From Eledone cirrhosa (taxonomy: Eukaryota), in contig OZ024745.1 in assembly GCA_964016885.1 (NCBI GenBank), positions 58,218,001 through 58,282,000 of the forward strand: a stretch of DNA of 64,000 nucleotides, read 5' to 3'. Under the pieces are notes generated by a model. That model did no database searches and had not been told where the DNA came from. It was given only the letters and a program-made list of their open reading frames with translations. Position numbers and translations under genes: made by a program. This document shows, one piece after another, positions 42,722 to 58,032 of the stretch (position 1 is the first letter of the stretch; every line of letters begins with the position of its first letter).

Positions 42722-43078
42722 GCAAGCAAACAAACAAACTCACTCACACATAAACACATTATTTACATTCACGTCATGCATCATAAACTGAAGATATTAA
42801 TGTTTCTGTAAAGACAAAAATGGCATGCACGCAATTATTAATATTTAAGTATAAAATATGTACGTAGTTATGAACAAGATAAACAAACACGTACCTACAC
42901 ACACATTCACTCATGCACACACAATTATGTATATATATATATGTAATGTATATATAATATGTATAATTATGTATGTATATATATATATATGTAATGTATA
43001 TATAATATGTATATTTATGTGTATATATATATATGTGTGTGTGTGTGTATGTGTGTGTGTGTATATATATATACATAC

Positions 43079-43139
<61 letters not shown>

Positions 43140-43644
43140 TACACATATATACATATATATATATATACACATATATACATATATATATATATGTGTGTGT
43201 GCAATGTTTTACCAATATTCACAAACGTTCTTTTGAGTACAATTATCTGACGGTCAACACACTTACATACATATATATATTTATATATTATCATTTCTTA
43301 ATTTCTAAACGCTAATGCACGTAGACATTTCTACGCCTTGGAATCTATTGATGCGTATATCACATGATGAAACGATGACGGGGAAATATTTTGTTTCTCA
43401 ATATCTAAGAAGTTATTTACTATACATTTCACTTTCTTGACAAACCATATAAAGATGTCACATTAAAGAAACATTCCAGTACGAAAGAACATATTACTGG
43501 TTGTTCGACCCTCTCCTTCACACTTTAGATCTTCGAAAGACCTTTAAAAACTGAATACATGCAGGAATGCATGTGGGTTGATAGATAGAGATAGATGGAT
43601 AGATAAGTAGATAGGTAGGTAGGTAGATAGATAGATAGATAGAT

Positions 43645-44297
43645 AAATTTCTTTATTAGCCACAAGGGCACAAAAGAAGGGGACAAATACAAATGGGGAG
43701 TTTACATACAGGTATATGAAAATAAAACTATTAATAAAATAACAAATAACAATTGATATCCCCAATAGGGCTGAGGCGTTACACGTGGGTTGTACACACC
43801 CCGAAGAAAAGTACAACCCTCGTCTCCAGGAGCACCAAGAGTTAGTACTCCCTTCCTCTCTTCCTCTTTTTCCTCAACCTACAGGCTTATATAGAGAGAA
43901 GGCCCAACCACTCGGGCCATCTTTGCCATATTCACCCACCTTTTACAAAATTTGCTGGGGTACAGCACCTCTCTCTCGATCCTGATTCTTCTTCCAAAAT
44001 TATATTTAAAAAAACGAATCAGTTCCTCGCCGGAGAGAAAGGTGTCTGACCTCAGCCCTTTTAACCTCGTCCACCATATAACCTCTTTCACCATAGCCAT
44101 AACACATAGGAAAACCGCCTCTCCCTCGATTTTGAAGGAGGGTGGCGGTTTGATCATGACAATGGACTCGGTGGTCAACTGGATTGGTCCCACCCGCGAC
44201 AATAGTCGTTGTACATAGCCCCACAGGTTTGTAACGCCCGGGCAGTGTACAAATGTGTGCGCGGCGGTTTCCTCGTCGCGCACGCATTTGTACACTG
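43645..44297 (-). mobile_element. L1/Tx1-like LINE 3' fragment inserted in (GATA)n
   Basis: ORF 43879-44295 with zinc-knuckle remnant C..EETAAHTFVHC and KEVIWWTR. 3' UTR ends in AATAAAG. GATA repeats on both sides. Confidence 0.75.
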
Positions 44298-44352
<55 letters not shown>

Positions 44353-44458
44353 GGTGATTAGAAAGCTGGTAAGTAGGTAGGAAGGTGAGGAGGTAAGCAG
44401 GCAGGTGGGTATCTGTGTGAATAGATGAACGGACAGAGAGAATCAGACGAACTACTGC

Positions 44459-44510
<52 letters not shown>

Positions 44511-45057
44511 CATTAACAGAGAAAGCTTTAAGCAATACTCCATATATATATATAAAGAATTAGTATATCTACCAACATATATATACAGATGCATACCTAT
44601 GGTAGCAAATATATAGGTTTTGTCTAAGTAACTTTGTGTGTGGTTCAATGCAAGGGGATGCAGAACAATTATATGAAAGACGTAAAATAAGAAAATTATA
44701 AAAATTAACTTACTTACTAAAATTTCACTCCAACTAATTAGTTTCTGAAAGGGAATAAACATGGTTTCCAAATGGAAAGCATGGAGAAGCCATTTCGTCA
44801 TCAGTAAGTCGTTCTCAGCTAAGATCCCAGGCGATGCGTGGACACAGGGAACTTATACAAAAATAACTCAGTGGATGGAAAAAAGCAAGCGAGGACTAAA
44901 TTCCAAGACATTGAAAACATCACTGCCTACTTGGTCGGTGGCAAATTCAAAAGAATCAATCACGTGACATCGAGGTTAATCAGTGAGGAGTGGGGTGTTA
45001 AAAAGACAGTAGCCAAGCTATTACTATGAACTATAGTAGCAGTTTTGGCAAATTTTC

Positions 45058-45101
<44 letters not shown>

Positions 45102-45235
45102 ATACTTGGGGAGGGTCATATTGTTGTAATAATATTGCCAGAGAGAGAGAATGTGGTGCTGAGACTACTAGTACTCAATGCTGAGTCAATATAGAAATAA
45201 GTAAAATCCCGCGCTCGGGATTCTACATCTCTCTC

Positions 45236-45750
<515 letters not shown>

Positions 45751-47351
45751 TAATAATAATAAATTTGAAGACTAATATATATATATATATACTTTCATGC
45801 TCACATACATGTACGCATATATATATATATATGTACATATATGAGAGTATGGATTAATCTACGTATACATCTGTATCTATATATATATATATATGGGGCC
45901 GGGGGTATGAATAAATAGATAGATTGCTATATAGTCAACTGTTAGCTCTATCAGAGTCAAGCATTTCTAGTTAGTTTCTATATGCACCTCAAAGAATTAT
46001 GATCTTACATTAGCAAAATGTCAGTAATTGATTCATACGGGTGTACATTAACTTTAATACACCACTTGTGCTTATGTAAACGCCCATAAAACGATTCAAA
46101 GCAATGTCGATGTGACAGAGACAGTACCGCCCGTCATTCCTCATAGAATTATAAAAGAATCAGAATATACTATTTACATAGCATGTACAGGATACGTTTC
46201 TCTACTCGAATTTGAATACAAGTATATTTCATAACCATCTATACTGTGATCGTCGTGATTGAGCAGACAAATGATCAAAAACAGACCTGACGATCCTAAT
46301 CCCGATGTTTCCACCCAGATGTAGTGTATTCAGGACTACATTAAATAGAATGTTCTTCCCTTCTATTTGTGAGATTCAGTTGCTGTTTCAAAGATGTTTA
46401 TTGAGTACTGATAGAAACATCTCTTTGGTTCAGAAACCATCTATGGTATTGCAATTGATGATTGGTATTTCCGAAACTCGAACGTAATTCACCGTAATAT
46501 AGTTATTTTAATGAAATGTTTTATTCATCTAAAGTTAACAATCATAAAACTTCCAAAAAGACTTTCCTGTCGACATTGTGTAGATTGGTTGTTATGAATA
46601 AACTAAAATACTGCTATCGTTTTGCTTATGTCCATGACTTGTCTATTTAGTTTTCAGGAATAGTGAGTATAGGACTATATTATTCAATAGTTCTTTATTT
46701 CTTAAGGTAGGATGTGATGACGATTTAACAGTTATTTCTAGCAGGCCAAGCAAACAAATCGGGTTCTCCTTTTGGCTCGTAATAAATTAAATTTTATCAT
46801 ATGTAAAACAAAGGAATTGCTAATGCATTATGCCAATTTGGAACTATTCATGGCTGATAGATATTGGTTACTTACATGTGTAAAAGGCAATTGTTTTTAA
46901 GGGTGTGGGGAGGGAAATCATTTTCCTTAATCTCATTGAGTGCTTATTTTATCAACGAATTGCAATAAACGGCCTGCACGAGATTTTTACTCAGAACATC
47001 AATAGATAAAAGTAAATAGTGTGATACATTTAGTTTTGAACTGTACTATATCTGCCCAATCTCAGCGCCAATTCATTGGCAATAAATATTGGATTGGAAT
47101 TATGAAAAAGAAAGTAGAAACGCACTGTGAGATTAAAACCTAATGTATATCTAGAAACGAGAATCTAGCAATGAGAATAATAAATAAAATAAGTTAGCAA
47201 AATAATTCTTACTTCTATGCACAAACATAGTTCTATAGTTATAAATATCGCTTTACAAAGACATTGTTCCGTATTCAATCTCAAAGCTCAGTAGATTGAC
47301 CAAGTAATTCCTATAGCTAACTCAATCGGAGCAAAGTCTTTTGAGGGTAAG

Positions 47352-47500
47352 TTGCAGCATAGAGTTATGGCCCTTTATGATCTGAGTTCAAATCCCACCG
47401 AGGTTAACTTTGCCTTTCATCCTTACGGGGTCGATAAAATAAAGTACCAGTAATGCACTGGGTAATTGATGGCCTTGTGCCAAAAGTAGAAACAATTATT
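47352..47500 (+). mobile_element. SINE family A, 5'-truncated
   Basis: B box and central domain intact. Confidence 0.85.
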
Positions 47501-47652
47501 AATAATATACTTAAACAGACCCTCCTATGCATCGTGTGCTCAAGTTGGTGAACCAATACTTACGTAAAATTACAAACCATTAAATTAAACTCTCTCTATA
47601 TATATATGACTTTAAATAAAAACCTTTTTTGTACTGTTGAGCATGTTATTCT

Positions 47653-47729
<77 letters not shown>

Positions 47730-50700
47730 GTGTTTGAGAGAGTGTGTCTGTCTGATTTTGTGTATACTTTCGTGTATTCTATTGTAAAACAGCGTTGAAT
47801 TTCGTATCTTGACGTCGAAAGGAAACTTACCCATTTGATAAGTAGAGAACGATAAAATGAGTCCTAGACTTGACTATAAAATGAAGTCGATATCATATTC
47901 CGAAACTGTTGGAAGTTGTGTTGTTGGACGGCCGCAGTCCGAAAGTCTAAAATCTGTAAAAGAATTTAAAAAAGGTTATCAATCCAGATGAAGTAAACAA
48001 TCAACTCCACATATCTATTGGTGAGATTAATGTGATTGCGTGATTCTCAACTCTTTTACAGGATGATAATTGCGTAAATAAAACATAAATGCCAAGCAAC
48101 AAAACAAACAGAATTGCAGACCACCTGCTATCAGACGGTTTTTGTTTGTTTGTTTTTCTCTGAGATGCTTATTATATTATACAAAATATCATTTTTGGTT
48201 TGTCTATTTTTATTTAACTGTTTTACAAAATGTCTGTCACCATCCACACGAAACAAATATGATAACTGTCAAGGGATTTTTAACACTTCTTATATGAAAA
48301 ACTTTTGGTCAAATACATAAATCCTGAAAATTTTAAAAGAGAAATGGAAAATTGTGTTGTTTATAAATGTTACAACAATGGTAAATTACTACCAAGTGAT
48401 GGTCACATTGCAACATTTGAATTAGAATTATTGAAATCCTGCGTGTATGTGGAGTCTTAAAAGTATAAAGGACGAGCAAGTGAAGAGAAATTGTTTCAGT
48501 TGCGAATCAAAATTCGATAGTTGGGGAAAATGACTCCAAATTCAGAGAAAGAATATCTGACCAATAATTTTACACACTTTCAGTAATTAAATAATGTCTG
48601 AAAAACATCATGCAAGTCTAGAGAAGAAGCTGGTTGAATAGTAAAAATTATTTTTAAATGTTGATAATACATTAGTATTAATACGTTTACCGAGACAAAT
48701 AATGCAATACGATCCAGTCGTATAAATATGTGTTGCTGAGAATCTATAAATAAAACAAAAGATGAAGCTAAAATAAAATTGAAACATCTAGACCGTAGAG
48801 CAGGGTAAAGACTGAAATTTATAACATATATTTGCACTGAAAACTAATTATTTGTGACAGAAAAATAAGAGATGGTTTGAAAAGCTAGTATTAGAATACA
48901 TAAAACCTGAAACAAATATTGTAAACCTCATTTTATGGCTAAAATATTTTGTTTTCCTTTAAACATCTTTATCTTATCAGAGAAACAATCTATATGAGAA
49001 TCATATTGATTGTTTCTATTGTTTCCATTATATTTAATAACAGTGAGTAAACAGATTCTAAGACAACAGGAGAGTTACCAGCAGTAAATTACATGTAACA
49101 ATAACTCATATTAATATCAAAAGAGAGTAAATATCACAACAGAAACAATAAGAAACAAGTAAGGCTACACTCAATGTGCAGCTGATTTTATTCTGTTATA
49201 TAATCATGAGAAAAAATATATTCGACTCAATATTAACCCATACATTAACAAATGAAAACAAAAGAAGTTTCGCTCAACATATATGAATAGTGTTTGAATG
49301 TACTTTCAAAAAATACAAACCCTTATTTATCAATATGGAGTGGGATGAGTTGCTATCTACTGTGGTATGGGAAAATATATTTATTTTTATTTTGTTTTCT
49401 GTGCAAACCGTCTCTCGCCCAGCTTTACTTAATAGCAAAAAATTGCTTAAAAATACTATAAGAATGTTAATGTTTCATAAGTATATGGGAAGCATATGAA
49501 AATACGCTGTACTTATCTAAATATTACTAAATATTATATCTAGATGTTGTGTAAATAAAAAGAAATATCGTTCTGTCACTAAAAGAATATAATAGTTTGG
49601 AAATCAGATAAGCTAACATCTCGTATTTGGGTTTTAAGAAAACATATAAAAACGGAAAGAATCTTTGCATTCTACAACAAGCATGTCATACCACTAACAT
49701 TAATAATACAATAGATGAACATATGATGCAGAAAAAGATGAATACAATCAATCATTTATTTTTCATTCTTTTTCTCGAGAATAATGTAAAATGCCTTGCA
49801 AATAATGGCAGCTAAATAAACTTGTTAGTGAAATATTTTGGAAATGTTCAGTGAATACATTGATATGGAATTTAGAATTATATAATTTGATATTTTGAAG
49901 ATGAAGAAAAGTAAAATAGATGAAACTTGAACGATCAGGCAAGAAATAATCTTATCGTGAAAATAGTTAGGAATGTTAAGGGTTGTGAAAAAGGTCGAGA
50001 TATTAAAGAGTAATATTAAATATATTTAACATTATTTAGTATTAACTTTCTTGTATCTAATATTTTCTATTGTATCTCTTTCATTTCTCGGTGGATAAAA
50101 ATAACCATTGGTTACAAAAGGTTTCCTTCTTTCGCCAATCCGCTTATCACCAATCAGTCGACTCATGAGGAAGAATTGATCATAGACTGGAATGAAATAT
50201 TAAGTCGGTTATATACATTCTATGTAAAATATTTGGTAATATTAATGAAGACTATAGAGATTGTATTTTTTTTTTTGTTAAACTCTACATAAATGTAGTA
50301 ATAAGATTTTAACCAAGAACACGCAAATCGTAAAAAAAAAGAAGTTAGGTTTTAATAAATGTGTTATGGCTGATGAACTCAAGAAGAGACAAATGAAAAT
50401 TAAGTGAAATTATAGAAAAATCGTCTTTCGAATTTTAGGCGCAACACGTTGTCTAATAATACTGGGTTACAGGTCCAAAAAGAGGCTTGCATGATACTAG
50501 AGATAGTTTAAATGAGAGTGTTGATGTTTTGAGAAAGATAGTTTAAAGAACATCTACTATTATTAAAAATAAAACGGTTATAATTACTGTGCACAAGACA
50601 AACTATATCATGTTAAGAAATAGTGACATGTCAACTTCGGAGTGGTGTGGATAGGATTGAAAGTAAAGACATACTGTTAGTGCTCCTGCATAGCTCTAAA

Positions 50701-51214
50701 TCTTCTAGAGCATCCGAAGTAAGCCTTTTAGCAAATCACTAATCAAGTTAACAGTTCTATGGTTGCTTACGGAGTTGGTGGTTTCTATTATATATCGGCC
50801 TGATTACAACTGAGTGAACTGGGTTGTTGAGAGCTAAATGTAATTATGATTGACACTGCACAGTGTTTTTAATACACATCACCAGTTTCTTTGCTTGTTG
50901 TCTATTTCTCTAGGCCAAAATAATAGTGAAACGTGGATAGGGAATTTAGTAAATATACACTTATTGGGGAAAAAGCATATAATACATACAAATGTATTTA
51001 CGAGTAAGTTGAAAATGCAACTAGATATGTTAATGCATGCATAAACGATGACTGCATTGGTTTGTAAGATACTTGCTAGATGAATCGGTGTTTAAAGTTG
51101 ATAGCACACGCTCTTACCCCAATCTCAGTTCTATCTCCTCCTATTTCTCTCATATATATACTGACCTACATAGGTTCTAGTTGAACATCAGCTGCATTAA
51201 TATTAACAGTCATT

Positions 51215-51400
51215 GGTGGATTGGCAGTATCGGTAGAGGGTCCAACGCCATGCTTTCCAGCATAGTTACGTCCCTTTACGATCTGAGTTCAAATCCCGCC
51301 GAGGTTGACTTTGCCTTTCATTCTTACGGGGTCGATAAAATAAAGTACCAGTAATGCACTGGTTAATTGCTGGCCTTGTGCCTAACGTAGAAACAATTAA
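51215..51400 (+). mobile_element. SINE family A
   Basis: Near-identical to 11162-11349. Confidence 0.9.
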
Positions 51401-51722
51401 TATTAAGAGTCATGAAGAACCTGCGGTAATGGTGATCATTGTCCCTTCACTTCTGAGAACCGTATTAATAAAAAAAAATTTAAATAAATATACGGAATTG
51501 AAATACAGTCAGAGATCTAATATATATAGAATCCAAGAGAAAGAGAAAATGAAGCAAACTAACGTGGTATGGATTGACCAGCGGCAATCTCTTTATATAA
51601 TTTAAAGCGTGTAATTTCTATGCCCGTCACCCTAGGAAAGTCAAAAATATTCCTACTGAGTGAAATAACGAACCAATACACACATCCACACACTGACAAA
51701 CGCATACACACACACATACACA

Positions 51723-51780
<58 letters not shown>

Positions 51781-51802
51781 AATATATATAATATATATAT
51801 AT

Positions 51803-51839
<37 letters not shown>

Positions 51840-51846
51840 TAATAAT

Positions 51847-52452
51847 GTTTTCTTTATTAACCACAAGGGTTTACATAAAGTAGACATTAAGGACAGTACA
51901 GGACAATACAGGACGGTACAAGTGGGCATTTCTGCGTGTAAAAAACAAAAACAGAGGATGTAACAAAAAAAATAACAATGAAAAATTCCCCAATAGGGGG
52001 GAGACTTCGGAGGGACATTTGTGGAGAAAGCCCATTAAAAGGCCAAAGTGACCCTGACCACCAAGGCAAATGCCCTCTCCCAGTTTTCCACCTTTAATTT
52101 ACAGACACATACTCAGAGTAGGCCCATTCACTCGGGCCATTTTTGCTTCTCTCAGCCGTCTTTCAATAAAATGCTGGGAAGAGAGCACTTCCCTCTCTAC
52201 ACTGATTTTCCTTTTCAAATGAAATTTGAAAAAGTCAATCAGGGCACCACCGAAGAGGTAAGTGCTCATCTTCAGCCCTTTCAAACGTGTCCACCATACT
52301 ATCTCTTTCGCCATGGCCACCAGACAGATAAAAACTGCCTGCCCTTCCCGGCTAAAGGAAGAGGGCGGGGTAATCCTCACGATGGACTCAGCTGATAGCC
52401 GGATCTATCCTACACGCGACAGCAGGTATTAAACATAAACCCACAAGTCAGC
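51847..52452 (-). mobile_element. L1/Tx1-like LINE 3' fragment inserted in (TAA)n
   Basis: ORF 52099-52380 is homologous to 43879-44295 (AMAKEIVWWTRLKGL..EREVL..AKMARVNGP). AATAAAG end. (AAT)n on both sides. Confidence 0.75.
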
Positions 52453-52496
52453 AATAATAATAATAATAATAATATTCAATAACTTCCTAGTCTTCC

Positions 52497-53594
52497 AGAA
52501 ATGGATAGGAAGACTAGGAAGCTATTGACTATCTACAACATGTTCCACAAGAGGAGTGATGTCGATAGACTCTACTTAAGGAGATCTGAATGTGGAAGAG
52601 GTCTTATCAGCATAGATGACTGTGTTCAGATGGAGAAAAACAACCTACACAAATACGTGACTGGTAGTAAGGAGCCAATGCTCAGAATTGTACTGAAGGA
52701 GAGGACAATAGAGCAGGGGATGTCCAAGGAGGAAATAACAAGGAGAAAGAGCAGCCTTCGTGAAAAATCCATTTATAGTAGCTTCTTTGAGAAAACTGAA
52801 TTCAGATATCCACAGACATGGAACTGGTTGAAAAGAGGAGACCTTAAAAAGGCTACAGAAGGAATGTTAATGGCTGCGCAAGAGCAGGCCCTCAAAACGA
52901 AGTGGTTGAAACACCATATTTACAAGGAGGAGGCTAGCCCACTGTGCAGGATCTGTGGAGAGAGAGAGGAGACTGTGGCTCACATTGTATCCGAGTGTAA
53001 ACACCTAGCCCAGACTCACTATAAAGGCTGGAGACATGATGTGATGGGCAGGGTGATCCACTGGCACCTATGCAAAGTAAACAATTTACCACATTCTGAG
53101 AAGTGGTATGAGCATAAGCCAGAGGCGGTGATAGAACACGATCAGATGAAGGTGCTATGGGATTTTAGGATACAGACGGATAAGAAACTGGAACACAATA
53201 GACCTGACCTGGTGGTTTTGGACAAGGAAAAAAGATCGTGCCTGATTGTAGATGTAGCCTGCCCATTCGACACGAGAGTGCAAGAAAAGGAGAGGGAGAA
53301 AATTAACCGATACCAGAACTTAAAGTGGGAAGTAAAAAGGATTTGGAACTGCCATGAAGTCAAAGTGGTCCCGATTGTCATAGGCGCACTAGGTACTATC
53401 TCAAAAGGTTTCCAGGGATGGTTATAGAAAATTGGCCCTGCCCCGCTTTTTGGAACGCTTCAAAAGGCATGCTTGCTGTGAACAGCAAGAACCCTCCGAT
53501 ACGTCCTGAATATCTGAGGCTGCAGGTAATAGCTTGATATTCATTTCAACAAACTTTCCAGTTAACTAAAATCAATGACTGAGACTCAAAGAAC
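52497..53594 (+). mobile_element. R4/Dong-clade RLE LINE, 5'-truncated copy 1
   Basis: DRKTRKLL..RLYL.RS.GRGL, CCHC knuckle CRICGEREETVAHIVSEC, RHD, RPDLVV..IVDVACP..EK..Y, VVPIVIGALG. Ends in (TAA)n. Confidence 0.92.
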
Positions 53595-53621
53595 AATAAT
53601 AAAAATAATAATAAAAATTTA

Positions 53622-54890
53622 AAAAATGAAGGAATTGATAAGATCTGAATACATTCGGAGAATAAGGAGCATATTAAAGTCACATCTGAACAGTAGGAAT
53701 GCCATAAGTACAGTAAATTCCCGAGCTGTGTCTATTATTAGGTACAGTGCGGGAATTCTGAGATGGAATATTGCTGAACAAAAAGAAATATATAGGAAAA
53801 CTAGGAAGCTATTGACTACCTACAACATGTTCCACAAAAGGAGTGATGTCGATAGACTCTACTTAAGGAGATCTGAAGGTGGAAGAGGTCTTATCAGCAT
53901 AGATGACTGTGTTCAGATGGAGAAAAACAACCTACACAAATACGTGACTGATAGTAGGGAGCCAATGCTCAGAATTGTACTGAGGGAGAGGACAATGGAC
54001 CGGAGGATGTCCAGGGAGGAAATAACAACAAGGAGAAAGAGCAACCTTCATGAAAAATCCCTTCATAGTGCCTTCTTTGAGAAAACTGAATTTAGAGATC
54101 CACAGACATGGAACTGGTTGAGAAGAGGAGACCTTAAAAAGGCTACAGAAGGAATGCTAATGGCTGCGCAAGAGCAAGACCTGAAAACGAAGTGGCTGAA
54201 ACACCATATTTACAAGGAGGAGGCTAGCCCACTGTGTAGGATCTGTGGAGAGAGAGAGAGGAGACTGTGGCTCACATTGTATCCTAGATTAAACACCTAG
54301 CCCAGACTCACTATAAGGGCTGGAGACATGATGTGATGGGCAGGGTGATCCACTGGCACCTATGCAAAGTAAATAATTTACCACATTCTGAGAAGTGGTA
54401 TGAGCATAAGCCAGAGTCGGTGATGGAAAACGATCAGATGAAGGTGCTGTGGGATTTTAGGATACAGACGGACAAGAAACTGGAACACAATAGACCTGAC
54501 CTGGTGGTTTAGGACAAGGGAAAAATATCGTGCCTGATTGTAGATGTAGCCTGCCCATTCGACACGAGAGTGCAAGAGGAGAGGGAGAAAATTAACCGAT
54601 ACCAGGACTTGAAGTGGGAGGTAAAAGGGATTTGGAACTGCCATGAGGTCAAAGTGGTCCCGATTGTTATAGGCCCACTAGGTACACTAGGTACTATCTC
54701 AAAGAGTTTCCAAGGATGGTTAAAGAAAACTGGTCCCGCCCCGCTTTTTGGAACACTTCAAAAGGCATGCTTGCTGGGAACAGCAAGAACCCTCTGATAC
54801 GTCCTGAATATCTGAGGCTGCAGGTAGTGGCTTGATATTCATTTCAACAAACTTTCCAGTTAACTAACATCAATGACTGAGACTCAAAGA
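53622..54890 (+). mobile_element. R4/Dong LINE copy 2
   Basis: Same protein with frameshift and stops. Same 3' UTR ending gactgagactcaaaga(ata)n. Confidence 0.92.
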
Positions 54891-54903
54891 ATAATAATAA
54901 TAA

Positions 54904-56710
54904 TACATGGTACCTCATTCTTGGATAACCAAAAGCCTAGAGATCTTCAAGTTGGCAGAGAGCATCAGACAGTTGTTCAGCAAAAGTATGAAGTCCTGGG
55001 AAACAGAATTAACATCGGGTGGAGAATCCTTTGGAGGCGTGACGATCAAGAGAGGTATCTTCAGGGAGATAGTCTGTCCCCTCTCATGTTTGTCCTTGCC
55101 CCGATACCCCTGACCATTATATTGCGAAAAGTGAGAGCAGGATACAAGTTGGGAAAGGGAGAGCTTACCATCAATCACCTCCTCTTCATGGACGATCTTA
55201 AACTCTTTGGGAAGAGTGAGAAGGAGTTGGATGTACTTCTTGACACTGTCCGTATTTTCAGGAATGATATATGTATGTAATTTGGTATTAATAAGTGTGG
55301 AGTTCTTGTGATGAAGAGGGGTAAATTGAGCAGAAGCAACGGAATCCAGGTACCAACAGATGAGATGATAAAGGAAATTGACACTGAAGAAGGATACAAA
55401 TATTTAGGTGTTCTGGAGGCAGATGACATCAAGAAGAAAAGAAATGAAAGAATTGATAAGATCTGAGTACATTAGGAGAGTAAGGAGCGTATTAAAATGA
55501 CATCTAAATAGTAGGAATGTCATAAGTGCAGTGAATTCCCGAGCTGTGTCTATTATTAGGTACAGTGCGGGAATTCTGAAATGGAATGTTGCTGAACAAA
55601 AACAAATGGATAGGAAGACTAGGAAGCTATTGACTATCTACAACATGTTCCACAAGAGGAGTGATGTCGATAGACTCTACTTAAAGAGATCTGAAGGTGG
55701 AAGAGGTGTTATCAGCATAGATGACTGTGTTCAGGTGGAGAAAAACAACCTACACAAATACGTGACCGACAGTAGGGAGCCAATGCTCAGAATTGTACTG
55801 AAGGAGAGAACAATAGACCAGGGGATGTCCAAGGAAGAAATAACAACAAGGAGGAAGACCAACCTTCATGAAAAATCCCTTCATAGTACCTTCTTTGAGA
55901 AAACTGAATTTGGAGATCCACAGACATGGAACTGGTTGAGAAGAGGAGACCTTAAAAAGGCTACACAAGGAATGCTAATGGCTGCTTAAGAGCAGGTACT
56001 CAAAACGAAGTGGGTGAAACACCATATTTACAAGTGGAGGCTAGCCCACTGTGTATGATCTGTGGAGAGAGAGAGGAGACTGTGGCTCACATTTTATCCG
56101 AGTGTAAACAGCTAGCCCAGACCTACTATAAAGGCTGGAGACATGATGTGATGGGCAGGGAGATCCACTGGCACCTATGCAAAGTAAACAATTTACCACA
56201 TTCTGAGAAGTGGTATGAGCATAAGCCAGAGGCGGTGATAGAACACGATCAGATGAAGGTGCTATGGGATTTTAGGATACAGACGGATAAGAAACTGGAA
56301 CACAATAGACCTGACCTGGTGGTTTTGGACAAGGAAAAAAGATCGTGCCTGATTGTAGATGTAGCCTGCCCATTTGACACGAGAGTGCAAGAAAAGGAGA
56401 GGGAGAAAATTAAACGATACCAGCACTTAAAGTGGGGGGTAAAAAGGATTTGGAACTGCCATGAAGTCAGAGTCGTCCCGATTGTTATAGGCCCACTAGG
56501 TACACTAGGTACTATCTCAAAGAGTTTCCAAGGATGGTTAAAGAAAGTTAGTCCAGCCCCGCTTTTTGGAACACTTTAAAAGGCATGCTTGCTGGGAACA
56601 GCAAGAACCCTCCGATACGTCCTGAATATCTGAGGCTGCAGGTAGCGGCTTGATATTCATTTCAACAAACTTTCCAGTTAAATAACATCAATGACTGAGA
56701 CTCAAAGAAC
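54904..56710 (+). mobile_element. R4/Dong LINE copy 3 (includes RT core)
   Basis: VPHSWI..RGIF/QGDSLSPL..HLLFMDDLKLF..FGINKC, then thumb, zinc knuckle and RLE. Several stops. Confidence 0.93.
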
Positions 56711-56724
56711 AATAATAATAATAA

Positions 56725-57416
56725 TGTGGTTGAATCACCATATTTACAAGGAGGAGGCTAGCCCACTGTGTAGGGTCTTTGGAGAGAGAGAGGGAACTGT
56801 GGCTCACATTGTATCCGAGTGTAAACACCTAGCCCAGACTCACTATAAAGGCTGGAGACATGATGTGATGGGCAGGGTGATCCACTGGCACCTATGTAAA
56901 TTAAACAATTTACCACATTCTGAGAAGTGGTATGATCATAAGCCAGAGTCGGTGATAGAAAACGATCAGGTGAAGGTGCTGTGGGATTTTAGGATACAGA
57001 CGGATAAGAAACTGGAACACAATAGGCCTGACCTGGTGGTTTTGGACAAGGAAAAAAGATCGTGCCTGATTGTGGATGTAGCCTGCCCATTCGACACGAG
57101 AGTGCAAGAAAGGGAGAGGGAGAAAATTAAACGATACCAGGACTTAAAGTGGGGGGTAAAAAGGATTTGGAACTGCCATGAAGTCAAGGTCGTCCCGATT
57201 GCCATAGGCGCACTAGGTACTATCTCAAAGAGTTTCCAAGGATGGTTAAAGAAGATTAGTCCAGCCCCGCTTTTTGGAACACTTCAAAAGGCATGCTTGC
57301 TGGGAACAGCAAGAACCCTCCGAAACGTCCTGAATATCTGAGGCTGCAGGTAACGGCTTGATATTCATTTCAACAAACTTTCCAGTTAAATAACATCAAT
57401 GACTGTGACTCAAAGA
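56725..57416 (+). mobile_element. R4/Dong LINE copy 4 (RLE domain)
   Basis: ORF to the natural stop LQKACLLGTARTLRNVLNI*, followed by 3' UTR and (TAA)n. Confidence 0.92.
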
Positions 57417-57512
57417 ATAAAAATAATATTAATAATAATAGTAATAATAATAAATTTGAAGACTAAAATCCAAAGAGGGCTCGATAAGGATAAATATATC
57501 AAATATACAAGA

Positions 57513-57595
<83 letters not shown>

Positions 57596-57601
<6 letters not shown>

Positions 57602-57680
57602 ATACTTTGGGAGGGTCATGTTGCCAATCAACACACGATTTCAGATAAAGAATCTTGCTAAACAAATTCAAAAACGAAAT
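57596..57680. mobile_element. Mini fold-back made of two 3' ends of the 20939-22283 PLE
   Basis: 57596-57628 is the inverted internal end. 57629-57680 is the sense full tail (caacacacg..aaacgaaat). (TA)n on both sides. Confidence 0.8.
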
Positions 57681-57947
57681 ATATATATATATATATATAA
57701 CTTAAGTCACGCACATATTAAGCATGTGCACGTTTCGAAGATCCTAGCACCTAGCATTCGAATCTTGCTTGTTCCTAAAAAAGAGCTCTTGACGGAATAA
57801 GACCATATTTCGTGAACTAACGGTTTTTCTTGTAATTTTGTTCAAACTCCAAATGCTAGGCTTCTCTACTATACATTATTGACCATAATTGGACACCGAA
57901 ATCTAAAATCCTGCATACGAGTTAAGTGTATGAAATTTTAATTTTAT

Positions 57948-58032
<85 letters not shown>

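Noticed and set aside
48400-50600. Repeat-poor AT-rich stretch with short ORFs (possible decayed gene or virus)
   Set aside because: No recognisable motifs, and ORF lengths are compatible with chance.
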